This document shows, in pieces, positions 29,659 through 39,270 of a DNA stretch of 64,000 bases (the stretch's first letter is position 1; every line of letters starts with the position of its first letter). Location: contig CAWEYG010000002.1 of assembly GCA_963813155.1 (NCBI GenBank), forward strand, positions 64,001 through 128,000. The letters run 5' to 3'. The notes below the pieces were generated by a model. The model had not been told where the DNA came from, searched no databases, and worked only from the letters and a program-made list of their open reading frames with translations. Source of the DNA: an uncultured Acidobacteriota bacterium. GTDB lineage: Bacteria; Acidobacteriota; Thermoanaerobaculia; UBA5066; DATFVB01. The position numbers and the translations under genes were made by a program.

Positions 29659-30128
29659 TTCGACGTCTCCACCTTCAGCTCGACACGGCGCAGCCCGCTC
29701 GCGAGCCCGGTCTGTGAGTCGAACTCGATCGCGTAGAGCCCGGGCGACAGCTCTTCCGGAGAAGCGAGCACGCCCTTGAACGCGGCGGCCGCCCGGCCGA
29801 GCCCGCCGACGGCTGTCAGGATCTCGGCGGCTCCATTCGTCCGGGAATCGCCGATCGAGGTCAGGTTCCAACCCTGGTCCAGCGTCGCTTTCGCGTCGAC
29901 CCCGTTGAAGCCGGCCCGCACCCGAAACGCATACTCCTCGTTCGTCTTCGGCAGGTAGATGACCGTCGTCTCGATCGATCCCTTCGCGTCGGTCACGAGC
30001 AGGTACGGCTGGGGCCGGTAGAACCGGGCTCCTCCCTTGTAGTCCGCGTCCGACGCAACCCTTTGAATGGAAACGCCCGCGCACCCGGCGAGGCAGAACA
30101 GAACGGGGAAAAACCGACAAATCTTCAT
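29655..30128 (-). CDS. Hypothetical lipoprotein, translationally coupled to the M4 peptidase
   Basis: Lipobox LAGC; GARFYRPQPYLLVT; ATGA overlap. Confidence 0.7.
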   Translation of the reverse strand: MKICRFFPVLFCLAGCAGVSIQRVASDADYKGGARFYRPQPYLLVTDAKGSIETTVIYLPKTNEEYAFRVRAGFNGVDAKATLDQGWNLTSIGDSRTNGAAEILTAVGGLGRAAAAFKGVLASPEELSPGLYAIEFDSQTGLASGLRRVELKVETSK

Positions 30129-30241
30129 CGCCATTGGAGCTCTCCTTGGCCTACCCATCGCGCCCCCGTGGAAATGGGGACACGGAAAACGGAGAAGCGT
30201 CCGTCCTAAACAACTTCCGGGGGCGTACGTACCTCAAAGGG

Positions 30242-31255
30242 ATGAGCTCCCGGCCAATCCCCGTCTCTCCGGCGCCTCCCTCCCGCGGGACCGTGGAAGG
30301 CATCGCGATCCAGTGGCTCTTCGACAGCTCGACCATTCGGATTACGCGCTGGGATTGCGTCGTCGGAAAAGGCGGATTGACGCCGGAGCGGCATCAGCTG
30401 TGGAACGTGATCGGGTTCGCGCACCGCGGCGCCTACCGCGTGCATTCCCCCGGTGGGGCGAGCCTGATCGACTCGACGCGGACCGCCCTGTTCAACCCGT
30501 ACGCCGCATACCAGACGTCCCACCCGTGCGGCTTCGGCGACCGCGGCAGCTCGCTTGTCGTTCGCACGGACGTCCTGCTCGAGGCGATCGAGCGTTTCGA
30601 TCCGTCCGTCCGCGAGCGGCCCGAAACGCCGTTCCTCTCTTCGAGCGCGCCGTGTTCGCCCCGAAACTACCTCCTTCAGAGGATGCTCGTCCGGCAACTG
30701 GAGCGGGCGCGGACGCTCGACCCGGTCCGGCGCGAGGAGGTCGGGATCGATCCGATCTCGGTCGAGGAGACGGCCCTGGAGCTCGTGGGCGAAGTCGCGC
30801 GGGCGGGCTTCTCCTCGGCCCGCCGGCCGGCGCGGGCGTCGACGCGGTTCCAGCGGGAGGCCGTCGAGAGAGCCCGCGACGCGCTCGCCGGCAGCTTCCG
30901 CCGGGCCCACCGTCTCGACGACGTGGCGCGGGCCGCCGGCAGCTCCCCGTTCTACCTGTGCCGCAGCTTCAAGGAAGAAACGGGACGCCCCCTTCGCAGC
31001 TACCTTACGGCGCTGAGGCTGCGGGCTTCGCTCGACCGCGTGCCCGACCGCTCCGCCGATCTCACCGACGTCGCGCTCGACCTCGGGTTCCCGAGCCACA
31101 GCTATTTCACGGAGTGCTTCCGCCGCGAGTTCGGAATCACGCCGACGACCCTGCGCCGCACCGCCACCCTCGGGCGGCTCCGGGAGCTCGCCGCGGCCCT
31201 CGACGGCCGGGCCGCACGGGCTGCTCGCGGGGGGCGCCGAGCACGTTTCCGATAG
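30242..31255 (+). CDS. AraC family transcriptional regulator
   Basis: LDDVARAAGSSPFYLCRSFK...LGFPSHSYFTECFRREFGITP. Confidence 0.9.
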   Translation: MSSRPIPVSPAPPSRGTVEGIAIQWLFDSSTIRITRWDCVVGKGGLTPERHQLWNVIGFAHRGAYRVHSPGGASLIDSTRTALFNPYAAYQTSHPCGFGDRGSSLVVRTDVLLEAIERFDPSVRERPETPFLSSSAPCSPRNYLLQRMLVRQLERARTLDPVRREEVGIDPISVEETALELVGEVARAGFSSARRPARASTRFQREAVERARDALAGSFRRAHRLDDVARAAGSSPFYLCRSFKEETGRPLRSYLTALRLRASLDRVPDRSADLTDVALDLGFPSHSYFTECFRREFGITPTTLRRTATLGRLRELAAALDGRAARAARGGRRARFR

Positions 31256-31289
31256 CGGTTTCGCGCGCCGCCGCGGTCTACTCCTCGCC

Positions 31290-32642
31290 ATGAGCGACCG
31301 ACTCTTTCTGCTGGCGCTCCTGATCGCCGGAGGGGTCCGCGCGGCGGCCACGCAGATCCCCGAGATCCCGCCGCGGGAAAAGGAGGTGCGCATGGCGCTC
31401 TCCGCCGCGCCGGAGCACCTGCGCGAACGGGCCGGCGTTTACGCGCTGGAGAAAGACGGCTTCGTGAAGGTCCGCGACTCGCAGAACGGCTTCACCTGCA
31501 TCGTCAACCGCGACCATCCCCTGAACATCAAGCCGACCTGCTACGACGCGGAGGGGACGGCGACGATCCTTCCGAAGGTCCTCTTCGTCGGGGAGATGCT
31601 CATGAAGGGAACGCCCCTGGCGGAGATCAGCGACGCCGTCCGAAAGGGATTCGAGACCGGAAAGTTCATCTCGCCGCGGCGGGCCGGCATCGCGTACATG
31701 CTGTCGGGAGACATCCGCAACTTCAACCCGAGGACCGGCCAGACCGGGTCGTTTCCGCCGCACGTGATGTTCTACGCCCCGAACCTGACGAACGAGGACA
31801 TCGGCTCGAAAGGCGATGGCGAAGGCGGCCTGCCGTTCATCGCGTACCAGGGGCCGCAGGGCTACATGATCATGATGCCTTCGGAACCGATGGCGGAAGG
31901 ACCGAAGGAGAAGGACACCCCGCACGGAGGCCCCGCGCGTCTCGCAGTGGGAGACCCCGCCGTTACGGGATCGCAATTGAAACCCTACACGAACCTCTGG
32001 AAGTTCACGCAGCAGAAGCCCGGCGGCCTGGCGATCGAGGCGGGAACGTGGAGCGACGCGCTCGAAACGACCACGTTCGACGGCCGCCCCGCGCTCAAGC
32101 GGACGCAGGTCGCGAAGTACGCGAAGGGAACCGTGCTCACGTTCGTGAACGTCTTCGACCCGAAGACGATGGAGCCGTTCACGGCCGACTACGAGCGCAG
32201 CGACAACGGCGACACGCGCCACGTCGACTTCCGGCACGAGACGGTCACGTTCCGACATGTCCCCTCGAAGGGCGCGAAACCCGAGGAGTCCACCGTGAAG
32301 CTCGACCGCTCCGTCTTCGACTTCTACGACGGGATGTACGGCGTTCTGATCTCGACCCTTCCCTTGAGCGACGGGTACGAGGCGGAAATCCCCGCGTTCG
32401 ATACGACGAAGATGGCCGTCGACTGGGTTCCCGTCCGCGTCACGGCACGCGAGACCGTTCCCGCCGGCCCGGGAAAGACGGCGGAAACGTGGGTCGTCGA
32501 AACGCCGACGAAGCAGTACGGAAAAATGACGTGGTGGGTCACGAAAGAAGCTCCGTACGTCATCAAGGCCGTGCTGGAAATCCTGAAGAACGAAGACGGC
32601 TCGAAAGACGTCGCCGCCATCATCACGTACACGATCGTCTGA
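31290..32642 (+). CDS. Secreted two-domain hypothetical protein (C-terminal part DUF3108-like)
   Basis: Signal peptide; ALSAAP..NGFTCIV..HVMFYAP domain, then LPLSDGY...ETVPAG..ETWVV domain. Confidence 0.65.
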   Translation: MSDRLFLLALLIAGGVRAAATQIPEIPPREKEVRMALSAAPEHLRERAGVYALEKDGFVKVRDSQNGFTCIVNRDHPLNIKPTCYDAEGTATILPKVLFVGEMLMKGTPLAEISDAVRKGFETGKFISPRRAGIAYMLSGDIRNFNPRTGQTGSFPPHVMFYAPNLTNEDIGSKGDGEGGLPFIAYQGPQGYMIMMPSEPMAEGPKEKDTPHGGPARLAVGDPAVTGSQLKPYTNLWKFTQQKPGGLAIEAGTWSDALETTTFDGRPALKRTQVAKYAKGTVLTFVNVFDPKTMEPFTADYERSDNGDTRHVDFRHETVTFRHVPSKGAKPEESTVKLDRSVFDFYDGMYGVLISTLPLSDGYEAEIPAFDTTKMAVDWVPVRVTARETVPAGPGKTAETWVVETPTKQYGKMTWWVTKEAPYVIKAVLEILKNEDGSKDVAAIITYTIV

Positions 32643-32653
32643 GGAGGAACCCG

Positions 32654-33202
32654 ATGAAGATGTCCCCTAAACCGTATAGCCTCGCTCTCGCGGCCGCGCT
32701 GCTCGCCGCGCTCCCGGGTCTCCGCGCCGCGACGCCCCCGTCCGCGCCGCCGTGCACGGGCCCCGAGTACAGCGGGCTCGACTTCTGGGTCGGGACCTGG
32801 GACGCGAGCTGGCCGGACGGCGGCGGGACCCCCGCGGGCACGGCGACGAACCGGATCGAGAAAATCCTGGGAGGCTGCGTCATCTCGGAAAACTTCGAGG
32901 CCGCCGGGCCCTCGCCGCTCATCGGAAAGAGCTATTCGACGTACAACCCGCGCCTGAAGAAATGGCAGCAGACCTGGGTCGACAACCAGAGCTCGTACCT
33001 CGCCCTCGACGGGGATTTCACGAACCCGGAAGGCAAGATCTTCGCGATGGACGCGGTCGGGCCCGACGGCAAGCCGCGCAAGCTCCGAATGGTCTTCAAG
33101 AACGTCACGGCGGAGGCGTTTGACTGGAGCTGGGAGCGCTCGACCGACGGCGGAAAGACCTGGCAGGTGCAGTGGCCGATCCACTACACCCGCAGGAAAT
33201 GA
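32654..33202 (+). CDS. Secreted DUF1579-like beta-barrel protein, paralog 1
   Basis: CTGPEYSGLDFWVGTWD..ILGGCVI.EN..WQQTWVDN..STDGGKTW; RBS GAGGAGG. Confidence 0.7.
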   Translation: MKMSPKPYSLALAAALLAALPGLRAATPPSAPPCTGPEYSGLDFWVGTWDASWPDGGGTPAGTATNRIEKILGGCVISENFEAAGPSPLIGKSYSTYNPRLKKWQQTWVDNQSSYLALDGDFTNPEGKIFAMDAVGPDGKPRKLRMVFKNVTAEAFDWSWERSTDGGKTWQVQWPIHYTRRK

Positions 33203-33726
33203 TCCGCCGGGCCTTCCGCGTCTCGCTCGCGGCGATCCTCCTGGCGCTCTTCTCAGCCAGGGCCCGCGCCGCGAGCTCACCCGAGCCGTGCTCCGCGCCG
33301 GAGTACAAGCAGTTCGACTTCTGGCTCGGCGAATGGGACGTCTCCCCTTCGCCCGGGCAGCCCGACGCCGGCAAAACCGACGCGGCGAGCCGCGAGGAGA
33401 AGATCCTCGGCGGATGCGTCCTCGTCGAGAACTACACCGAGAAGGCGGGATTCGCGGGCAAGAGCCTCAACTTCTACGACGGCCATCTCAAGAAATGGCG
33501 CCAGCTCTGGACCGACAGCGCCGGGAACATGAGCGAGTTCTCCGGCGAATTCAAAGACGGCGCCATGCGCTTCGAAGGGGAATCGCATACGGCGGGTGGA
33601 AAGAAGGCCTACCGCAGGATGATCTTCACGCCCGGCCCGAACACCGTGCGCCAGTACTCGGAGATTTCCGCGGAAGGAAAGACCTGGAAGTTCTTCTACG
33701 ACCTCACGTACGACCGGAAGAAATAG
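33199..33726 (+). CDS. Secreted DUF1579-like beta-barrel protein, paralog 2
   Basis: CSAPEYKQFDFWLGEWD..ILGGCVL.EN..WRQLWTD; ATGA overlap. Confidence 0.7.
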   Translation: MIRRAFRVSLAAILLALFSARARAASSPEPCSAPEYKQFDFWLGEWDVSPSPGQPDAGKTDAASREEKILGGCVLVENYTEKAGFAGKSLNFYDGHLKKWRQLWTDSAGNMSEFSGEFKDGAMRFEGESHTAGGKKAYRRMIFTPGPNTVRQYSEISAEGKTWKFFYDLTYDRKK

Positions 33727-33732
33727 GATCTC

Positions 33733-36507
33733 TCAAGTTGGCAGGCGTTTATTGCTTTCGAGCAGGAGATCCAACTCTTCCGAGGTAATCGCCGGGCTGT
33801 AGAGAAACCCTTGCAGGTCGTCACACTGGTTTTCGCAGAGAAACCGCAACTGTTCCGCGGTTTCAACACCCTCGGCAACAACGCGAAGTCGAAGCTCGTG
33901 CGCCATCACGATCGAAGCCCGAACGATGGAAGCATCGTTGGGATCGGTCGCGACGTCGCGAATGAAGGAGCGGTCGATCTTCACCGTGTTGACGGGGAGC
34001 ATTTTCAGATAGTTCAGGGACGAATATCCGGTCCCGAAGTCGTCCATGGTGATTCCGATGCCGAGGCTTCGGAGCTCTCGAAGCATCACGAGGCTGACGT
34101 CGAGATTCTGCATGGCGACACTCTCGGTGACCTCGAGGGACAAAGCTTCGGCGGGCAAGCCCGTGTCCTCGAGGATTCGGCGCACGTTCGCGACGAATCC
34201 CCGCTCCTGGAGCTGGCGAACGGAGAGGTTCACGGAGACGGAGAGGTCCCGGCCCCACTTGTTTCGCCACGACACCGTCTCCCGGCACGCCTCCTGCAGA
34301 ACGAAAGTGCCGAGCTCGAGGATCAGACCGGAGTCCTCGGCAAGTGAAACGAAATCGTCGGGAAGAAGAAGCCCGCGCTCCGGGTGTTGCCAGCGCACGA
34401 GAGCCTCGGCGCCGATGACCTCTCCGTCGCGGAGCCGGACGACCGGCTGAAAGTACACCTTGAATTCGGATCTCTCGATTGCCCGATGGAGCTGGGTCTC
34501 GAGGGCCAGGCGATCGACTCCGCCCGGATCGGCGTCGTGCGAGTAGTACTGAAAGTTGTCACGGCCCCTCTGCTTTGCGGCATACATCGCCGCGTCGGCG
34601 TGCTTGACGAGAGTGTCGGCGTCCTCGCCGTCAACCGGAAAAATGCTGATCCCCGTGCTGATCGTGACGAACATTTCGCGATCCGCGACCTGGAACGGCT
34701 TTCGAAAGCTCTGTTGAATCTTTCGGGCGACGGAGCCGGCGTTCTCGGATCGATCCAGCTTCGAAAGCAAAACCAGGAATTCATCGCCGCCGAGGCGAGA
34801 GAGTGTGTCGGATTCCCGGACCATCCCCGAAAGGCGGTCCGCGACTTCCTTCAGGAGCAGATCGCCGACCCGATGCCCCAGGCTGTCGTTGATGACCTTG
34901 AACCGGTCGAGGTCGATGAAGAGCACGGCGAGCGGATGGCGTTCGCGGCGCGCGCTGGCCAGGGCGACGTTGAGCCTGTCCTCGAGGCGGATCCGGTTCG
35001 CAAGACCGGTCAGGGCGTCCTGGAATGCGAGACGTTCGATCTGCTTTTCCGCACGTTTCTTCTCGATCGCCGCCGCGATGTGCTGGGAAACGAACACGAG
35101 AAGGTCCTTCTCCCGTTCGCCGTATCGGATCCTCTCGGTGTAGCTCTGGACGGCCAGGACGCCGAAGGTCCGGTCGCCTGTCCGAAGCGGGACGCCCAAC
35201 CAGTCGACTGCGGTGGCTCCCCGCGATACGATCTTCCCGCCGGCGTCCAATTCCCCGATTTCGTCCTCGGTCAGCAGGAGAGGCCTCCCGGTGCTGATGA
35301 TGTGACCGGTCAATCCCTGGCCGGGTTTGAGCGGAGGCGGCGGAGAATCGAACTCATCCACGAAATACGGAAATCGAATCTCCCCCGTGGCTTCATCGGA
35401 AAGCGCGATGAAGAAGTTCTGGGCGTACATGAGCTCGCTGATGACTCGATGCAGCTCGGCATAGAAGGAGTCGAGGTCCTCGGCGGCGTTCGTGATCTCC
35501 GCAATCCGGTAAAGCGCCGCCTGGCCCCTCTCGGCGCGCTTCTGGTCGGTGATGTCGCGGGCGATCGTCGAGGCACCGATGACTTTGCCGCCCGGCCCCA
35601 GGATCCGCGACATCGTCAAAGACACGACGATCTTCGTGCCGTCCTTTCGCAACCCCTCTGTCTCATAGGACTCGAGGACCTCTCCGCGTTTCAGTTTCTC
35701 CAGGGTTCCGGGGTTCGTCCCCGCCCGTTCGGAAGAGATCAGCAGGTCGATTTTCTTTCCGAGAACCTCCCCCGCCGAATACCCGTAAATCGATTCCGCC
35801 CCCTTGTTCCAGCTCGTGATTTCCCCGCTCAGGCTCTCTCCGATGACCGCGTCTCTCGAGGATTCGACGATCGCGGCTTCGATCGGCCGCGCGATCCTCG
35901 CGGCAAGCCGGCGTGCCACGAGCGCCATCACGGCGAGGGATCCGAGCATAAGACCCGTAAACGGCAGGGCCAGCGCCTTCATGGTGTGGATCAGCGAGCG
36001 GTAGTTGAACACGTAGAGAACTGAGCTCTCGTGGCGGCCCCATTCTTCGACGTAGGGAGAGACAATCATGAGAATGGGCCCCAGGTGCGGGTCGCTCGCG
36101 TGAAAAACGCGGAAGTGCAGTTTCGCCGAGGCTTCGATGAGTCGACGATCCTCCAACCTGCGGACCGGACGGTCCAGCTCGAGGTTGTAGTCGATGCTTT
36201 CGAGCGAGTCGTAGAGCACCTCGCCGGAGACCGAAAGGACCAGGATGCGCTGAACGTCCTGGTTCAACTCCATCGTGCTGCGAACGATCTCCAGGAATTT
36301 GTACGAGCCGGAGTCGTAATAGACGCGGTAGCCCTGGCAAATCTGGTCGTTGGTCGTCTGAGCGAACATCAACGCGTTGTTTTCGAGGAGTTTCTTCTCG
36401 TCGCGATAACGCACAAAGACGAGCGACGCGGCCACGAGAACCAGCAGGATTCCCGTCACTCCCGCCAGGACGAGCTCGAAACGGCGCGTGAGAGTGCGAG
36501 GTCTCAT
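33733..36507 (-). CDS. Membrane sensor PAS-GAF-GGDEF-EAL c-di-GMP enzyme
   Basis: Two TM helices around a periplasmic domain, PAS (WNKGAESIYGY), GAF (WLGVPL), GGDEF, EAL, DDFGTGYSS. Confidence 0.92.
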   Translation of the reverse strand: MRPRTLTRRFELVLAGVTGILLVLVAASLVFVRYRDEKKLLENNALMFAQTTNDQICQGYRVYYDSGSYKFLEIVRSTMELNQDVQRILVLSVSGEVLYDSLESIDYNLELDRPVRRLEDRRLIEASAKLHFRVFHASDPHLGPILMIVSPYVEEWGRHESSVLYVFNYRSLIHTMKALALPFTGLMLGSLAVMALVARRLAARIARPIEAAIVESSRDAVIGESLSGEITSWNKGAESIYGYSAGEVLGKKIDLLISSERAGTNPGTLEKLKRGEVLESYETEGLRKDGTKIVVSLTMSRILGPGGKVIGASTIARDITDQKRAERGQAALYRIAEITNAAEDLDSFYAELHRVISELMYAQNFFIALSDEATGEIRFPYFVDEFDSPPPPLKPGQGLTGHIISTGRPLLLTEDEIGELDAGGKIVSRGATAVDWLGVPLRTGDRTFGVLAVQSYTERIRYGEREKDLLVFVSQHIAAAIEKKRAEKQIERLAFQDALTGLANRIRLEDRLNVALASARRERHPLAVLFIDLDRFKVINDSLGHRVGDLLLKEVADRLSGMVRESDTLSRLGGDEFLVLLSKLDRSENAGSVARKIQQSFRKPFQVADREMFVTISTGISIFPVDGEDADTLVKHADAAMYAAKQRGRDNFQYYSHDADPGGVDRLALETQLHRAIERSEFKVYFQPVVRLRDGEVIGAEALVRWQHPERGLLLPDDFVSLAEDSGLILELGTFVLQEACRETVSWRNKWGRDLSVSVNLSVRQLQERGFVANVRRILEDTGLPAEALSLEVTESVAMQNLDVSLVMLRELRSLGIGITMDDFGTGYSSLNYLKMLPVNTVKIDRSFIRDVATDPNDASIVRASIVMAHELRLRVVAEGVETAEQLRFLCENQCDDLQGFLYSPAITSEELDLLLESNKRLPT

Positions 36508-36992
36508 TTCCCCTTGACGGTCAGGAACAGCTCGTTTCCGTTCGCGACTTCCGTCGCCGCGGACAGGAAAGCGTCCTTGACCGGGATCGAGCCGACCCAG
36601 CCTCGCACGAGCGTCTGCTGCGTGTCGTCGAGCTTTCGGAACACTTCGGAATAGAGCTTCGCCGCGGCGAGCGAGACGGAGAGCTCCGCGTCCGCGACGT
36701 CGCAGGATCGCTCGCGCACGAGCGCTTCGTCGAAGTCCGGCTTCGCGATCGCCTCGCGCAGAGAAACGCGCGCGGCGTCTTCGCGGTCGAGCAGGCCGCG
36801 AACCTCTTTCTGGTTGCGCAGCAGGAGAAAGAAGATCTCGGAGCGCTGCTCCGTCGTCAGCTGCAGCTTCGCGGCGACGCGGTCGAAGAGGTGGAGCGCC
36901 TCGAGTTTCGTGAGCGCGGACGCGGGCGCGGAGAGGAACAGCGCGAGAAGGATCGGCGAAAGGACGCGGGACACGTGGCGCATGACGGGCAC
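36504..36992 (-). CDS. Spy/CpxP-like periplasmic protein
   Basis: Signal peptide, LQLTTEQR and LDDTQQ (LTxxQ-like motifs), FDEALVR. Confidence 0.65.
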   Translation of the reverse strand: MPVMRHVSRVLSPILLALFLSAPASALTKLEALHLFDRVAAKLQLTTEQRSEIFFLLLRNQKEVRGLLDREDAARVSLREAIAKPDFDEALVRERSCDVADAELSVSLAAAKLYSEVFRKLDDTQQTLVRGWVGSIPVKDAFLSAATEVANGNELFLTVKGK

Positions 36993-37033
36993 CTCGGGAA
37001 GAGTTTAGCTCGTTGAATAGGCGAGCGAGCCCC

Positions 37034-39268
37034 TTATCCCGCGGCCGGCGCTTCCGGGTAGAGCTTCTCGAACTCGGGATCGCCATGGATCAGCGCGAGC
37101 GACGAATCGCGCCGCGCCCAGTCCGAGTCCCGGAAACCGGCGCGCCACGCCTTCGTCAGCGCCTCCAGCGCGTCGGGCTTCCTCTTGATCGAGCAGAACG
37201 TGCAGGCGGCGTTGTAGAGCACCAGCGCGTCGTTCGGGCGAAGCAGCATGGCGAGATTCGTCTCCCGAATGGCGTCGTCCTCGCGCCCGTCGTCCGCGTA
37301 ATAGCCGCTGAGGAGGATCCGCGCCCGCGCGTCTTCCGGGATCTCGCGCAGCTGACCCTCCAGCGCCTGGATCATCCGCTGCCGAATGTTCTTCTCCGCT
37401 TCCTCTTTTCCCAGCGCGGAGAGCGAATTCAGGATCGGCACATAGACGTTGTAGTCGGTGCCGCTCGCTTCGATCGCCTGCTCGGCGATGCTCGCGACTT
37501 CCGAATACTTCCCGGAAGCGTACAGCGCCCGCAGCAGCAGGTAGTAAGCGCCCTCGCAGTCGGGCTTGCGGGCGATCACGTTGCGGACGATCGCGGTGAG
37601 CTCGTCGTACTGGCCCTTCGCGTAGAGGATCCAGGCCTGGGCGACCATGACCTCCACGACGTCGGGCTGCAGCGCCATCGCCCGCTCGGCCGCGGATCGC
37701 GCCCGGTGGATCCAGACGTCTTCGCGGGCATAGTTCGTGTGGTAGTACGCGCACACGTTGGCAATGGCCGCGTAGGCGATCGCGAACTTCGGGTCCTGCG
37801 TCACCGCGTTCTCGAGCATCTGGAGCGCGAACTCCAGGTCCTGCCGCGTCAGGCGGCGGGCATAGCTGCGCCCGCGCAGGTAGAGGTCGTAGGCCTGCAG
37901 GTTGTCGGTCGGCTTCGCGGCGAGCGCCGCCTGCTCCTGCTGCGAGAGCTTGATCCGCAGCGCCTCGGCGATCTTGCGCGCGATCTCGTCCTGCACTTCG
38001 AAGACGTCTTTCATCTCCCGGTCGTAGCGCTCGGACCAGACCGGATAGCCCGTGGCCGCGTCGACGAGCTGGGTCGTGATGCGAAGCCGGTCGCCCGCGC
38101 GCCGGATGCTTCCCTCCAGCACGTAGGCGGCCCCGAGCTGCTGACCCACCTGCGACGACGTGACCGGCTTGTCCCGGAATGCCAGCACCATGGAACGCGG
38201 GTTGATCCGGAGGCCTTCGATCTTCGACAGCTCCGTGATGATGTCTTCGGTGATGCCGTCGCGGAAGTATTCGTCTTCCTTCGCGCCGCTCAGGTTCTCG
38301 AAATACAGGACGGCGACCGACTTTTCGGCGGCTTTCGCGGAACCGCCCTTCGAATCGGAAAGCTCGGCCGTGCGTTTCTCGCCGGACTCGACCTTGCGCT
38401 TCAGCCGCAGGAGGTCGGTCTTGAGCTCCGTCGCCGTCTGATAGCGAAGCTGGCGGTCTTTCTCGAGAGCCTTCTCGAGGATCGGAGCGAGACCGGCCGG
38501 CAGAGACGGGTTGATCTCCGAGAGGGGTTTCGGCTCGCGATTGAGGATCGCCTCGAAGACGACCGCGTCCGTATCGCCCTGGAACGGCATCTCCCCCGTC
38601 GCCATCTGGTAGAGCACGGCGCCGAGCGAGAAGAGATCCGTCCGCGCGTCGGTCAGCTGGCCGCGCGCCTGCTCCGGCGACATGTAATGCACGGTGCCCA
38701 TCACCGTTCCGGCGATCGTCAACGGGCCGGAGCCGACGGAAGTCTCCAGCTTGGAGACGTCCTCGCCCTTCCGGGTTGCCTCCGCCTCGACCTTCGCGAG
38801 GCCGAAGTCGAGGATCTTCACCTGCCCGCGGTCGTTGACCATCAGGTTGGCCGGCTTCAGGTCCCGATGCGCGATGCCCTTGGAGTGGGCCGACTCGAGC
38901 GCGTCGGCGATCTGGATGCCGAGGTCGAGCACGCCGGGGAGATCGATCGCGCGCTTGCCCGCCATCCGCTCGGCGAGCGTCGAGCCCTTGAGGAGCTCCA
39001 TCACGATGAACGGCCGCCCCTGGTGCTGCTGGATCGAAAAGACGGTGCAGATGCCCGGATGATTCAGCGCGGACGCGGCGCGCGCCTCGCGCTTGAAGCG
39101 CTCCAGCATCGGAGCGTCGTCCCGCAGGCCTTCGGAGAGGACCTTGATCGCGACGTGGCGGCCGAGCTCCGTGTCCTCGGCCTCGTAGACCATGCCCATG
39201 CCGCCGAACCCGAGCTGCCCGACGATCCGATAGTGCGCGATGGTCTGCCCGACGAGAGACTCCGCCAT
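37034..39268 (-). CDS. Cytoplasmic Ser/Thr kinase with TolB-N-like and TPR domains, copy 2
   Basis: GFGGMG, VAIK, HRDLKPAN, DFG, YMSPEQ; SVAVLYFENLSG; TPR helices. Confidence 0.92.
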   Translation of the reverse strand: MAESLVGQTIAHYRIVGQLGFGGMGMVYEAEDTELGRHVAIKVLSEGLRDDAPMLERFKREARAASALNHPGICTVFSIQQHQGRPFIVMELLKGSTLAERMAGKRAIDLPGVLDLGIQIADALESAHSKGIAHRDLKPANLMVNDRGQVKILDFGLAKVEAEATRKGEDVSKLETSVGSGPLTIAGTVMGTVHYMSPEQARGQLTDARTDLFSLGAVLYQMATGEMPFQGDTDAVVFEAILNREPKPLSEINPSLPAGLAPILEKALEKDRQLRYQTATELKTDLLRLKRKVESGEKRTAELSDSKGGSAKAAEKSVAVLYFENLSGAKEDEYFRDGITEDIITELSKIEGLRINPRSMVLAFRDKPVTSSQVGQQLGAAYVLEGSIRRAGDRLRITTQLVDAATGYPVWSERYDREMKDVFEVQDEIARKIAEALRIKLSQQEQAALAAKPTDNLQAYDLYLRGRSYARRLTRQDLEFALQMLENAVTQDPKFAIAYAAIANVCAYYHTNYAREDVWIHRARSAAERAMALQPDVVEVMVAQAWILYAKGQYDELTAIVRNVIARKPDCEGAYYLLLRALYASGKYSEVASIAEQAIEASGTDYNVYVPILNSLSALGKEEAEKNIRQRMIQALEGQLREIPEDARARILLSGYYADDGREDDAIRETNLAMLLRPNDALVLYNAACTFCSIKRKPDALEALTKAWRAGFRDSDWARRDSSLALIHGDPEFEKLYPEAPAAG

Positions 39269-39270
39269 CG

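Noticed and set aside
27886-30120. 744-aa ORF as a real protease fusion protein
   Set aside because: It reads through a dispersed repeat. The M4 domain ends at AWKAVGV with a TGA one base out of frame that carries the stop-anchored motif.
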